Of a stretch of DNA of 64,000 bases, positions 1 through 10,220 are shown piece by piece. The position numbers and the translations under genes were made by a program. The stretch comes from a virus. Lineage: Duplodnaviria; Caudoviricetes. The DNA lies in IMG/VR virus record IMGVR_UViG_3300032330_002145, positions 8,928 through 72,927 of that record; one strand, written 5' to 3'. The first letter of the stretch is position 1. Each line of letters starts with the position of its first letter. Under the pieces are notes generated by a model. It did not search any database and was not told where the DNA came from. It saw only the letters and a list, made by a program, of their open reading frames with translations.

Positions 1-65
1 ATTTAAAAGTAATTTTTCAATTGCCAATATATTTATATATAAAATAATTTTTTAAATTAAAAAAA

Positions 66-1331
66 ATGGGAAAACTAAGACCAATTGGTAGTGAAAAACT
101 ACAAGGTATGGATAAAATTAAACGTATGATTGAAATCTCTACGTATAAAGAGAATATTCCTAACCCTTTAAATGAAACTTCATCACACGAATATGATATT
201 AAATTAGCTGATGGTAATAGATATCATATCGTTAAAGAAAAATCAGGATATGTTATTAAAAAAGGATTAACTGAATCTACTTCGGATTATGTTGAACCTA
301 TGAAAGGAAGAAAATATTATTCTTCATATTCACAAGCATTTAAACGTTTAAATTTAATTGCTAAAGAAGTTAATATTAATGAAGGTTTTGAAAAAAACAT
401 TTCATTATTTAACGAAGGTGATAACGATGAAGTTAAATATTATTTGAAAACTTCAACTAACGAACAAGATGTTCCGGCAGAAAATCCAACTCCTGCTCCC
501 GCACCTGCTCCCGCACCTGCTCCCTCACCTGCACCCGCACCTGCACCCGCACCTGCACCTGAAACGGATGATATGGGTGGTGAAGAATCTTCTGAAATGG
601 ATGACATGGCTGATGAACCAATTGGTGGAGAAGAAGACAACGAAGAGGAAGTATCTTTTAAGTCAATTCAAAAGTTAACAGGTAAGTTAGCTCAAAAATT
701 AAGAGAATTGATGGGTAATGAAGATGAAGAAGAAATTTCTTCTAAAGATAAAAAATATGTAATTAATTCAATACTTTCAGCCATTGATTTAGAATCTATG
801 GAAGAAGATGATAAAGAAGATATTATCGACAAATTAGAAGGTGAAGAAGATATGGAAGGTTCTGAAGAATCTTCTCAAGGCGAAGAGGAAATGGATTTTT
901 CTGATGATATGGCTGACCAAGAAATTGGTGGTGAAGAAGAGATGGGTCAAGAACCAACACCTCCAGCTGCACCAATGGAAATGGGTGAAATGTTTGATGA
1001 AGAAGATGAATTTACACCTCACAGACCAAGATTTAGAAATAAAGTTGGACACAGAGGTATGAATACCGATGACGTATTCGAGGGAATGTTTAACGAGTCA
1101 AAAATAGACAAAGTATTAGAAAAATATTTTGAACCAAAAATTAAAAACCAAGTAGATTTAACTTCAAAGATTGAAAGAATTTCTGAAACAACACTACAAG
1201 AATCATCAGCTAAGAGTTTTATTAATAAATTCCCTTCAGCTAAATTGATTGGTAAAAATAAATTAGGTAATATTATTTTTGAAACTAATAAAGGTAGAAA
1301 AGGTATAACACCAAAAGGAACTATCCTATAA
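66..1331 (+). CDS. Acidic, PA-repeat hypothetical protein, probably head-associated
   Basis: 421-aa ORF with (PA)n linker and E/D/M-rich middle. Many L/I-x-E sites; ATATTTAT motif at 29-36 upstream. Confidence 0.55.
   Translation: MGKLRPIGSEKLQGMDKIKRMIEISTYKENIPNPLNETSSHEYDIKLADGNRYHIVKEKSGYVIKKGLTESTSDYVEPMKGRKYYSSYSQAFKRLNLIAKEVNINEGFEKNISLFNEGDNDEVKYYLKTSTNEQDVPAENPTPAPAPAPAPAPSPAPAPAPAPAPETDDMGGEESSEMDDMADEPIGGEEDNEEEVSFKSIQKLTGKLAQKLRELMGNEDEEEISSKDKKYVINSILSAIDLESMEEDDKEDIIDKLEGEEDMEGSEESSQGEEEMDFSDDMADQEIGGEEEMGQEPTPPAAPMEMGEMFDEEDEFTPHRPRFRNKVGHRGMNTDDVFEGMFNESKIDKVLEKYFEPKIKNQVDLTSKIERISETTLQESSAKSFINKFPSAKLIGKNKLGNIIFETNKGRKGITPKGTIL
490..560 (+). repeat. Pro-Ala tandem coding repeat (cctgctcccgca-like units)
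   Basis: Directly visible; encodes PTPAPAPAPAPAPSPAPAPAPAPAP. Confidence 0.9.
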
Positions 1332-1738
1332 TGTATTTAATTTATGTCAATGAATTAGGACCAAACTACAAAGGAGATAATATTTACGAATTTATTTTCT
1401 CCAAAAGTTTGGAAGATGTGTGGGGTGATTCATGGGAATCAAAACCGGCAAACGGATACCCCTCACCACCTGATTTAGAACATATAGATAAAGTTGGAGT
1501 TTTGAAGAATGACACAATTTCGTTGTCAGTAATTCAAAACTCTGATTATTTTTCAATGACTGATGCACAGGATGGTGTTATTGCATTGGGTTGGGAAAAT
1601 GAGTCAGAAAATATTAATTTTGACTTAAAACAAAGATTAGTTTTCAGATTTGGAGAACCCGAAGAATCTGTAAAAAATAAACTTTATGAACGAGATATCG
1701 TTCTTGAATTTGAAAAAAAAGTTATTTATGAACACTAA
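1331..1738 (+). CDS. Hypothetical protein
   Basis: 135-aa ORF coupled by TAATG overlap to the previous gene. Confidence 0.65.
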   Translation: MYLIYVNELGPNYKGDNIYEFIFSKSLEDVWGDSWESKPANGYPSPPDLEHIDKVGVLKNDTISLSVIQNSDYFSMTDAQDGVIALGWENESENINFDLKQRLVFRFGEPEESVKNKLYERDIVLEFEKKVIYEH

Positions 1739-2687
1739 CAGAAAAATATTAGATTTGGTAAATCACGGATTTAGTGGTACACTTATTTCAGAATTAAATG
1801 ATAATCAGATAAATTCATTACACAAAAGATTAACTGAATCAAAAAAAGAAAGTAAGGAAGAAACCCAAATTGTGACGACACAGTTGGATTCAAAAAATCC
1901 ACAAGACATGGCTAAATTAAATGGTATGTTAAAAAACCCTACATCATTACAAAATAAGAATGTGCAAGTTAAAGAAACTGAGATGACTGAAGATGATGAT
2001 ATTAATATTTCTTCAGACCCTGACCGTAGTGCTGATGGAATGGGTATGTTTGAAAAAAAAGATATGACTGAAAAATTTGAGTCAAAAGCACAACAAAAAT
2101 TATTTTGGGCGAAATGTGGAGAAGGAAAAACTAAAGAACAAAAAAAATGGTGTAAATTAGCGAGAGAATTTTCTGATAGTACATCAAAAAAACAGTTCAA
2201 AAACATGCCTGAAAAAAAAGAAAATAAAGAAAGTTATTTAGATATGGTCGGAAAAACTATGAATAAAAATATGTCAAATAAAATTTCAGATATTAAACCG
2301 GGTTTAAAATTTGAAAGTAGATTACAAAGTAAGATTGAAAATTTGGTTGAAAGACATGTTTCACCAAAGATTTCAAAAAGAGATTTATTGGAAACAATTA
2401 AAAATATGTCAATAAATGAAGCGGGTAAGGAGGTTGAAACACCTGTTAAACCTGGTGTTGATACACCGTCAAAACCTAAACCCGGTACTCCTTATCAACC
2501 AAAACATCAGCCGGCACCTAAAGCGGGTAAAGAAGTTGAGACACCTGTTAAACCAGGTGTTGATACTCCATCTAAACCTAAACCTGGTACACCGTATCAA
2601 CCAAAACATCAACCAGCTCCAAAGGCGAAAAAAGAAAAATTCCCTTCATGGTTGTCATTTAAATCAATCGGTATTAATTTAAAATAA
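1728..2687 (+). CDS. Hypothetical head-associated protein with a duplicated 34-aa Pro/Lys repeat
   Basis: Start probably ATG 1728 (MNTNRKI) rather than 1686; GKEVETPVKPGVDTPSKPKPGTPYQPKHQPAPKA occurs twice. Confidence 0.6.
   Translation: MNTNRKILDLVNHGFSGTLISELNDNQINSLHKRLTESKKESKEETQIVTTQLDSKNPQDMAKLNGMLKNPTSLQNKNVQVKETEMTEDDDINISSDPDRSADGMGMFEKKDMTEKFESKAQQKLFWAKCGEGKTKEQKKWCKLAREFSDSTSKKQFKNMPEKKENKESYLDMVGKTMNKNMSNKISDIKPGLKFESRLQSKIENLVERHVSPKISKRDLLETIKNMSINEAGKEVETPVKPGVDTPSKPKPGTPYQPKHQPAPKAGKEVETPVKPGVDTPSKPKPGTPYQPKHQPAPKAKKEKFPSWLSFKSIGINLK
2421..2624 (+). repeat. 102-nt tandem direct repeat, 2 copies (2421-2522, 2523-2624)
   Basis: Identical peptide; synonymous differences at the DNA level. 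Confidence 0.9.
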
Positions 2688-2688
2688 T

Positions 2689-3987
2689 ATGAGTGCAAAT
2701 TACAATTACGAGACAGTTTTTAAAATAAAAAACAAATTGGAAAAAAAATCTTTAACTGAAAAATTAAGTAGAAACGAAAGAGTTCTTTTGGAATCGGTGT
2801 ATGAGGCTTTGAATGAAGCACCAATTGACTACGAAGGACCTGAAAGAATGGACTCTGGTATTGAGAGAAAAATCACTCAAAAACAAACACCTTATAAAGA
2901 ACACCCAAGTTTACCTGTAGGTGATAGAGATTTTATTGAATTAATTTCGTCTAAAAGATTTAAAGATTCTGTTGACAAGGTTAGAAGAGTTATGGGTAAC
3001 ACCGCAGCAATTCAAGGACCAAACCCATTGATGGGATTGATGATGACCGTTATGCAATCTTTACAACAGATTGTTAGTATTCAAATGAACAACAAGGAGG
3101 TGTTAGAAAAATTAGCAGTTGATTTAGTTGTGAAAGAATTAGGTATACCTGAAGGAAGTTTACAATTTGACGCTCAACTTGTAATGCAACCTATGAGTTC
3201 TGCAGAAGGAATGAAACCTCAACCTAAAATACCATCGGAAGAAGAGATTGAAGAATTCATGGGTGATGTTGAAACTTTTAATTTAGAGAGAGCTAAAAGA
3301 AGATTTATTAATTCTTTAATTCAAGGAGCGGCGTTTAAAGGTGGTCATATGTTTAATTTGGTTTCAAGTGAACTTGATGAAATTAATCCAAGATTAATGA
3401 ATTTATATACTGTTTCACAATCATTGATGGAACACGCATATTGGTTATTTCCTGACATGGAAGGGATGGCTGGAAGTGGTGAAGGACAAATGGGTCAAGA
3501 AGAAGTTGACACTGAAACTGACCCACCAACTGTTAGAGCAAAGGCGTTAACTTTTCCATTGTTAGTCCATGAATTAGTTAAAGGTGTTTACGAAGTATTT
3601 GGTACACACGGTTTACCTGATGACCCAAAGGCTGCGGAATTGGTTATGGGAGCAGAAGATACACTTCCTTCTGAAATTTGGGATTCAAGATTAGGACCTG
3701 TATTTTGGGAAAAGTTCCAAGAAGCATATCCGTTAGAACTTTTTGAAGATGATATGAAACACATACAACATCATTTGTTTTTCAGATTCTCTAAATTAGA
3801 CGCAAAACAATTCTTTAAAGTAAGTAAGGCTATTCTATCAGGTAATCCTGAAGGTATGACGTTCATTCAAAGATTGGTAGATGAAATTGTTTCTGATTTG
3901 AAAAAACAAGAATATGATGATGCAATGAATCAATACGATTCTGATGATGATGTTGATGATATAGACATTTCAAGTTTAGGATTCTAA
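2689..3987 (+). CDS. Conserved hypothetical protein upstream of TerL
   Basis: 432-aa globular-looking ORF with an acidic tail. Confidence 0.65.
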   Translation: MSANYNYETVFKIKNKLEKKSLTEKLSRNERVLLESVYEALNEAPIDYEGPERMDSGIERKITQKQTPYKEHPSLPVGDRDFIELISSKRFKDSVDKVRRVMGNTAAIQGPNPLMGLMMTVMQSLQQIVSIQMNNKEVLEKLAVDLVVKELGIPEGSLQFDAQLVMQPMSSAEGMKPQPKIPSEEEIEEFMGDVETFNLERAKRRFINSLIQGAAFKGGHMFNLVSSELDEINPRLMNLYTVSQSLMEHAYWLFPDMEGMAGSGEGQMGQEEVDTETDPPTVRAKALTFPLLVHELVKGVYEVFGTHGLPDDPKAAELVMGAEDTLPSEIWDSRLGPVFWEKFQEAYPLELFEDDMKHIQHHLFFRFSKLDAKQFFKVSKAILSGNPEGMTFIQRLVDEIVSDLKKQEYDDAMNQYDSDDDVDDIDISSLGF

Positions 3988-3993
3988 AATAAC

Positions 3994-4019
3994 AAACCCC
4001 TCTATTGAGGGGTTTCTTA
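3994..4019 (+). terminator. Intrinsic terminator
   Basis: aaacccctc-tatt-gaggggttt-cttat. Confidence 0.75.
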
Positions 4020-4053
4020 TTAATGAACCATTATTATATTTATTAATAAAGGT

Positions 4054-5814
4054 ATGACTAAAGAACAAGTAATGATTGAGTATGTAAGATGTATGAAAGA
4101 TACACCTTATGCTCTTAAAACGTATTTACAAACTTACGATAATACTGTGTCAAGATATGTTCCATTGGAACTATTTCCTGACCAAATTAGTTTGTTAAAA
4201 GACTATGAAGAACACAATGAAAATATTGCTTTAAAATATAGACAGGCGGGTGTGTCTACAGTGACCGCAGCTTGGGTTTCAAAGAAATTAGCATTTGCTA
4301 AAAAAATAAAACCTGAAAAGATTTTGATTATTGCCAATAAACTTGATACATCACAAGAAATGGCAAACAAAATCAGAGCATTTATTGGTCAATGGCCCGA
4401 TTGGGTTGGTATTGATTTTGCAGCTGAAAAAAATTCACAAAAACATTATAAATTAAATAATGGATGTGAAGTTAAGGCGGTTGCAACATCTAAAGATGCC
4501 TTGAGAGGTTTCACTCCGACCATATTGATTTTTGACGAGGCTGCCTTTATTGAGGCTGATAGTGATTTTTGGGCGGCTTGTATGGCGTCCCTATCTACGG
4601 GTGGTAAAGTAATAGTTGTATCAACACCAAATGGGTATGACCCAATTTATTATGAAATCTATGACCAAGCAAACAGAAATATGAATGACTTCAAAATTTC
4701 TGAAATGTATTGGTATCGTGACCCAAGATATACAAGAGATTTATATTTGGTAAAAACAAAAGATATAATTCATTATCTTTTAAACAAAGAAGAATATCCT
4801 CTTAATGATATTATTAGTTGGGAACCAATACAATTTTCCGATAGAAACTATGATGATTTAAAAAAAATTATTGAGGACGGTTACAAACCATGTTCGGCTT
4901 GGTTTGAAAGTATGGTTAAAAAACTTAAGTACGACAAACGTAAGGTTTCTCAGGAGTTGGAGTGTAATTTCTTAGGTTCGGGTGATAACGTGTTTGATTC
5001 TAATATGATGCAAAATATTAGAGAAAATATGATTCGTGAACCACAAAACAAGATGATGGGAAATTCATTATGGATATGGAAGGAACCTGTATTAGGTCAC
5101 AAGTATGTTATGGGAGTTGACGTTTCAAGGGGAGATAGTGAGGACTTTAGTTCTTTTCAAATAATTGATTTTGATGAAAGAGAACAGGTTGCGGAATTTG
5201 TTGGAAAACTACCTCCTGACACTATGGCTGAGATATGTTATAAATGGGCTAATATGTATTCTTGTTTTATTGTGATAGATATCACAGGTGGTATGGGTGT
5301 TTCCACGTCAAGGAAATTACAAGAAATGGGTTATAAAGATTTATACGTTGATGGTGTTGACACAGCAAATAAATGGAAATACGACCCAAAGGCAACTGAA
5401 AAAATTCCTGGAATCAATTTTAATAATAAACGTGTTCAAATAATTGCGTCGTTTGAAGAGGCATTGAGACATGAATTTAAAATTTATAGTTCAAGATTGT
5501 TCAATGAAATGAATACATTTATTTATGTTAATGGACGACCTGACCACCAAAAAGGACAACATGATGACTTGATTATGTCACTAGCAATGGCTTGTTATGT
5601 TGCGGAATCTTCATTTACAAGTTTAAAAAGAGTTACAGAACAAACAAAGGCGATGTTGGATTCATGGAGTGTTGCCAATAATGATAATGTTAGTAAACAA
5701 ATTGAATTCAATCCAGTTATACCAACTCTTACTGATAATATGAATCAATCTAGCAGGAATAGCTACTCAAAAGAGGATTATATGAAATACGGTTGGTTAT
5801 TTGGAGTTAGGTAA
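4054..5814 (+). CDS. terL: Terminase large subunit (T4 gp17-like)
   Basis: Walker A region ALKYRQAGVST, Walker B ILIFDEAAF, VSTPNG coupling motif, nuclease motifs YVMGVDVSRG and HDDLIMS. Confidence 0.95.
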   Translation: MTKEQVMIEYVRCMKDTPYALKTYLQTYDNTVSRYVPLELFPDQISLLKDYEEHNENIALKYRQAGVSTVTAAWVSKKLAFAKKIKPEKILIIANKLDTSQEMANKIRAFIGQWPDWVGIDFAAEKNSQKHYKLNNGCEVKAVATSKDALRGFTPTILIFDEAAFIEADSDFWAACMASLSTGGKVIVVSTPNGYDPIYYEIYDQANRNMNDFKISEMYWYRDPRYTRDLYLVKTKDIIHYLLNKEEYPLNDIISWEPIQFSDRNYDDLKKIIEDGYKPCSAWFESMVKKLKYDKRKVSQELECNFLGSGDNVFDSNMMQNIRENMIREPQNKMMGNSLWIWKEPVLGHKYVMGVDVSRGDSEDFSSFQIIDFDEREQVAEFVGKLPPDTMAEICYKWANMYSCFIVIDITGGMGVSTSRKLQEMGYKDLYVDGVDTANKWKYDPKATEKIPGINFNNKRVQIIASFEEALRHEFKIYSSRLFNEMNTFIYVNGRPDHQKGQHDDLIMSLAMACYVAESSFTSLKRVTEQTKAMLDSWSVANNDNVSKQIEFNPVIPTLTDNMNQSSRNSYSKEDYMKYGWLFGVR

Positions 5815-5826
5815 TATTTATGACTA

Positions 5827-6858
5827 ATGGGATTTTCATCAAGAAAAAGAACAAAAAGTATTTACATGGGGTCAAAGTTAAGTGTCCCTGGTCAAGGTAT
5901 ATACACGGCTAAATTAAGTCCGTCTGAAAAGATTCAAGTTAACATACAAACTAATAGAGAACCAAGACCTTCATCAACACCAAAACCGGTATTAAGTTCG
6001 ACTCCTACACCGACACCATTACCGTCAACAAGTGTTACTCCGACCCCTACGATAACCCCAACAATAACTGTAACACCGACAATAACACCTACGGCAACTG
6101 TAACACCTACAGTAACACCAACTGAAACACCTACACCTACACCAACACCTTCGTCAACACCTATACCGATACCATTTATTAGTATTTGGGATACTACTAA
6201 AACTTCAGCAGGGTCATCAAGTTCTAATCAAGTATCTTTACCTTTAGATAGTTTTGGACTTTATAATGGTACAATTGATTGGGGTGACGGTAATATTAGT
6301 GCTAATACTTTTGCAAATAAAACTCATACGTATTCATCACCAGGTGTTTATACAATAACTATATTAGGGACAAATGTCGGATTTGGTTCAATTAATAATG
6401 TTGGGGATAAACTTAAATTAACTGAAATAATTCAATGGGGGAGTTTTGCTCTTCAAGGAGCGTCTTTACAAGGTTATTGGTTTTCAGGATGTCAAAATTT
6501 AAAATTATCTGGAGTTACTGATACTCTTATTTTAGGTAATACAACTGATTTAACTTCAATGTTTAATGGTTGTACTTCATTAACAACAATAAATAACTCA
6601 AGTAGTTGGGATGTTTCAAACGTCCAATATATGGGTAATATGTTTTTAAATTGTAATAATTTTAATGATTCAGGTATTGCATCTTGGAATGTATCAGGAG
6701 TTACCAATATGAATGGTATGTTTTTTCTTAACACATTATTTAACCAAGATTTAAGTGGGTGGTGTGTAACATTAATACCTTCATTACCATCAAATTTTGC
6801 GACAAGTACGCCAGCATGGGTTTTACCTAAACCAGTTTGGGGAACATGTCCACCTTAA
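5827..6858 (+). CDS. Thr/Pro-stalk protein with PKD-like (IDWGDG) and BspA/DUF285-like repeats
   Basis: PT repeats; WDVSNVQYMGNMF, WNVSGVTNMNGMF and FNQDLSGWCV motifs; C-terminal KPVWGTCP. Confidence 0.75.
   Translation: MGFSSRKRTKSIYMGSKLSVPGQGIYTAKLSPSEKIQVNIQTNREPRPSSTPKPVLSSTPTPTPLPSTSVTPTPTITPTITVTPTITPTATVTPTVTPTETPTPTPTPSSTPIPIPFISIWDTTKTSAGSSSSNQVSLPLDSFGLYNGTIDWGDGNISANTFANKTHTYSSPGVYTITILGTNVGFGSINNVGDKLKLTEIIQWGSFALQGASLQGYWFSGCQNLKLSGVTDTLILGNTTDLTSMFNGCTSLTTINNSSSWDVSNVQYMGNMFLNCNNFNDSGIASWNVSGVTNMNGMFFLNTLFNQDLSGWCVTLIPSLPSNFATSTPAWVLPKPVWGTCPP
5968..6174 (+). repeat. Thr/Pro-rich (TPT/TVT) coding repeat
   Basis: Visible low-complexity acNccN codon repeats. Confidence 0.85.
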
Positions 6859-6907
6859 AATATTATTTAAATATTTAAATATAAAGATTTAGAATTAAAA
6901 TTATAAT

Positions 6908-8710
6908 ATGGAAAACAATCAAAATAATCAATTAACGGTTTGGCAAAAATTATCCCAAGCATTTGGGCCTAATTCTTTACTGAATCAAGATTATCCGACT
7001 TACAAATACGATAAAGAGGAATTATTAAAAACCACTTCTAAACAAGAATACGATACAGAACTTTTACAAGCTCAACAAACGTATTATTTAGCAAACCAGT
7101 GGACTAAAATTGAAAGTAATTTATATACTCAAGCAGTATATTATGAACCAACAAGATTGGCATCGTTCTATGACTATGAGTCAATGGAATATACTCCTGA
7201 GATATCTGCTGCTTTAGATATCTATGGTGAAGAATCAACAACTGTTGACCAAAATGGTTATATGTTACAGATTTATTCTGAATCTAAACGTATCAAATCA
7301 ATCTTGGCAGATTTATTTAACAACGCATTAGATTTAAATACCAACTTACCTATGTGGACAAGAAACACATGTAAGTATGGTGACAACTTTGTTTACTTGA
7401 AATTGGATGCCGATAAAGGAGTTGTTGGATGTATGCAATTACCAAATATTGAGATTGAACGTCTTGAAAGAGGTATGGCAGCAAAATCTCAAAATGTTGA
7501 TGAACCAAAAGAACAAAAAGGTTTGAGATTTAAGTGGAAAGCTAAAGACATGGAATTTAATTCATGGGAAATGGCTCACTTCAGATTGTTAGGTGATGAT
7601 AGAAAACTTCCTTACGGTACTTCAATGTTAGAGAAAGCTCGTCGTATTTGGAAACAATTATTGTTATCTGAAGATGCTATGTTGATTTACAGAACATCAA
7701 GAGCACCTGAAAGAAGGGTGTTTAAAGTGTTTGTTGGTAACATGGATGATAAAGACGTTGAACCGTATGTACAAAGAGTTGCAAACAAGTTTAAGAGGTC
7801 TCAAGTTGTTGATAATAACACAGGTAATGTAGATATGAGATTCAACCAAATGGCGGTTGACCAAGATTACTTTATTCCTGTTCGTGACGCGGCTGCGGCA
7901 AATCCTATTGATACTTTACCTGGAGCTCAGAACCTTTCTGAGATTGCCGATATCGAATATATTCAAAAGAAATTATTAACGGCTCTTCGTGTTCCTAAAG
8001 CATTTTTAGGATTTGAAGAAGTAGTTGGTGATGGTAAAAACTTATCATTACAAGATATTCGTTTTGCTAGAACAATTAACAGAATTCAAAAATGTATGAT
8101 TGCAGAATTAAATAAAATTGCAATTGTTCATTTATTTATTTTAGGATTTGAAGATGAGTTAAATAACTTTACTTTAGGTCTTACAAATCCATCCACACAA
8201 GCCGACTTACTTAAAATTGATGTTTGGAAAGAAAAAATACTTCTATATAAAGACGCTGTTACCGCAATTGAGGGTATTGCACCTGTATCTGTTTCTTGGG
8301 CTAAGAAACATGTTTTAGGATTCTCAGATGATGAAATTAAACTTGATTTACAACAACAACGTATTGAAAAGGCAGTTGGAGCTGAATTAACTAATACCCC
8401 AACAATCATTGTTCATACAGGTATATTTGATAATGTTGACAAACTTTATGGAAGTAAATCAGGTAGTACCGCATCTGCAGGAGCTGCTGCACCACCACCA
8501 CCTGGAGGTGAATTAGGTGGAGGAGCACCAACACCACCACCGGCGGGAGGACCTGAAGGAGGATTACCTGAAAGTGAGAAAAAAGATAATTACAATATTC
8601 TTTTAGAATCCGAAGGTTTTATTGACGATGATTCTTTCATTGATTTATCAAGAGGAAAAAATTATTTAGGTGAGATTGAAGAACAATTGAGTAAAATATT
8701 AAGAGATTGA
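6908..8710 (+). CDS. Portal protein (T4 gp20-like)
   Basis: MLIYRTSRAPERRVFKVFVGNM, DYFIPVR, IDTLPGAQNL, LRVPKAFL and DIRFARTINRIQ motifs; position next to terL. Confidence 0.93.
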   Translation: MENNQNNQLTVWQKLSQAFGPNSLLNQDYPTYKYDKEELLKTTSKQEYDTELLQAQQTYYLANQWTKIESNLYTQAVYYEPTRLASFYDYESMEYTPEISAALDIYGEESTTVDQNGYMLQIYSESKRIKSILADLFNNALDLNTNLPMWTRNTCKYGDNFVYLKLDADKGVVGCMQLPNIEIERLERGMAAKSQNVDEPKEQKGLRFKWKAKDMEFNSWEMAHFRLLGDDRKLPYGTSMLEKARRIWKQLLLSEDAMLIYRTSRAPERRVFKVFVGNMDDKDVEPYVQRVANKFKRSQVVDNNTGNVDMRFNQMAVDQDYFIPVRDAAAANPIDTLPGAQNLSEIADIEYIQKKLLTALRVPKAFLGFEEVVGDGKNLSLQDIRFARTINRIQKCMIAELNKIAIVHLFILGFEDELNNFTLGLTNPSTQADLLKIDVWKEKILLYKDAVTAIEGIAPVSVSWAKKHVLGFSDDEIKLDLQQQRIEKAVGAELTNTPTIIVHTGIFDNVDKLYGSKSGSTASAGAAAPPPPGGELGGGAPTPPPAGGPEGGLPESEKKDNYNILLESEGFIDDDSFIDLSRGKNYLGEIEEQLSKILRD

Positions 8711-8729
8711 TATTTATAAATAAAAAGAA

Positions 8730-9446
8730 ATGAAATTCGGTATTTTAAAATCAAAAGTTGATAGAAGATTATTAGAATCTTACTCTAATCAAACTTTCCA
8801 AAAAGAATTGAAAACATTCAAAAAATTAGTTTTGGAAAATTCAAACATAAGTAAATTGTTTTACTTGTATGATGAATTAAAAACTAATCAAGGTTTGAAT
8901 GAATCAGTTCTTGAAGAATATATTAATGAGTGTACTAAAATTTATGAGAACACCATTAGTAAAATTAAACCGCAATCGATTGAAAAAATCAAAGGTTGGG
9001 TTAAGAATATCAATTCAAAAAATGATTACGAAGATATTGATAATTTATTTTCAAAAAATGTTCTTACTATTGAAAATAAAATCAAAAGTAAAAATCTTAT
9101 TAAAGAATCTTTAAGTAAAAAACCTATTGGTAGAAAAGAACCTATTAAGATTCCAATTTCTTCAATGATTAATGTTGCAAACAATACAATCAAAAATTAT
9201 ATTGAAAATTTAAATGAGACTGAACAAAAAGAACTTATTAAATTTTTGAATATTGATGAGAAAGAATTGGAAGTAAAATTTGATAGTTTAAAAGAGAATG
9301 TTGTAAAAAAATTAAACGTAATTAAAGAATCTGAAAAAGATTCAGAAGTTATCACCAAAATTGATGAAACGATTAAGACGGTTAGTTCAGAAAAATACGA
9401 CAAACTTAATTACTTTAAATTGTCAGATTTAAACGATAATCTTTAA
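8730..9446 (+). CDS. Conserved hypothetical helical protein downstream of portal
   Basis: 238-aa ORF with ATATTTAT motif at 8710-8717. Confidence 0.65.
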   Translation: MKFGILKSKVDRRLLESYSNQTFQKELKTFKKLVLENSNISKLFYLYDELKTNQGLNESVLEEYINECTKIYENTISKIKPQSIEKIKGWVKNINSKNDYEDIDNLFSKNVLTIENKIKSKNLIKESLSKKPIGRKEPIKIPISSMINVANNTIKNYIENLNETEQKELIKFLNIDEKELEVKFDSLKENVVKKLNVIKESEKDSEVITKIDETIKTVSSEKYDKLNYFKLSDLNDNL

Positions 9447-9631
9447 TTCTCGTTTTTCATTTTCTGAGCGTAAATTGCCTTGTTGATTTGATTTCTACGA
9501 TTACTAGATTTTTTAACAAAAGTTTTACGGTTAATTAATTCCTGACTTTGACGAGTCTTAATTACCTTATTTTTCAATTGTTTTAAGGCTTTCTCTAATG
9601 GTGTGTTTTTATCTATTTTAACTATTAACAT
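9443..9631 (-). CDS. rpsU: Phage-encoded 30S ribosomal protein bS21
   Basis: 62 aa; MLIVKI...LEKALKQLKNKV...FVKKS..RRNQINKAIY resembles Bacteroidota bS21. Location between portal and prohead protease matches described bS21 phages. Confidence 0.88.
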   Translation of the reverse strand: MLIVKIDKNTPLEKALKQLKNKVIKTRQSQELINRKTFVKKSSNRRNQINKAIYAQKMKNEN

Positions 9632-9647
9632 ATTTTAGAAATATCTG

Positions 9648-9655
9648 CAAATATA
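9648..9655 (-). promoter_or_regulatory. Bacteroidota -7 promoter element (TAnnTTTG) upstream of bS21
   Basis: TATATTTG on the minus strand, 16 nt before the bS21 ATG. Confidence 0.55.
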
Positions 9656-9726
9656 AAAAAATTTTGACTTGCACCACATTTATACCTATTTTTTTTAAAA
9701 ATAAACTTTAGGAAAAATGAAAATTA

Positions 9727-10188
9727 ATGAAAAAAGGCAAAACCTCAAAAATACATGGTTTTAAAACAGCTAAAACAATTTACGGAACAGTAGATTCATT
9801 CGAATTAAAATCAATGTATTTAAACATTCAAACATGGGTTGAACCAAAAGAAGAGTTGGAGAATTGGACAAGAGTAGTGTCAAACTTAAGTAGAGCCATA
9901 AGACATTCAGTATACGAGTCGGTAAACACGGAAATATATGACAATAAATTTATTGTTGATTTAGATTTAAGGTCATCAGGATTATCAAAAGGAAAAAAAT
10001 CATTTTTAAATTTAGAAGTAAATTTATATTTGTTAGACTCAACTTTAGATTTTAAATCAAAAGAAATTAAAGATTCTCTTAAAGAAATTTGTAAAAGTAT
10101 CTTCAAAAATAATTTTTCAAGTAACAAATATTTTTCATTTCACTATTCAAAAACAAATAAAACAAAACCAATAACGACACAAAGTTAA
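9727..10188 (+). CDS. Conserved hypothetical protein
   Basis: 153-aa ORF between bS21 and the protease. Confidence 0.65.
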   Translation: MKKGKTSKIHGFKTAKTIYGTVDSFELKSMYLNIQTWVEPKEELENWTRVVSNLSRAIRHSVYESVNTEIYDNKFIVDLDLRSSGLSKGKKSFLNLEVNLYLLDSTLDFKSKEIKDSLKEICKSIFKNNFSSNKYFSFHYSKTNKTKPITTQS

Positions 10189-10220
10189 TCTTTTCAATAT
10201 TTATTATATAAACCATTGAA

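Noticed and set aside
4730-4900. Possible intein in TerL
   Set aside because: The extra segment is short and lacks Cys/Ser-start and His-Asn-end splicing motifs
6864-6881. Perfect 18-bp palindrome TATTTAAATATTTAAATA upstream of portal
   Set aside because: Pure A/T low complexity in a very AT-rich genome; more simply read as a variant late-promoter region
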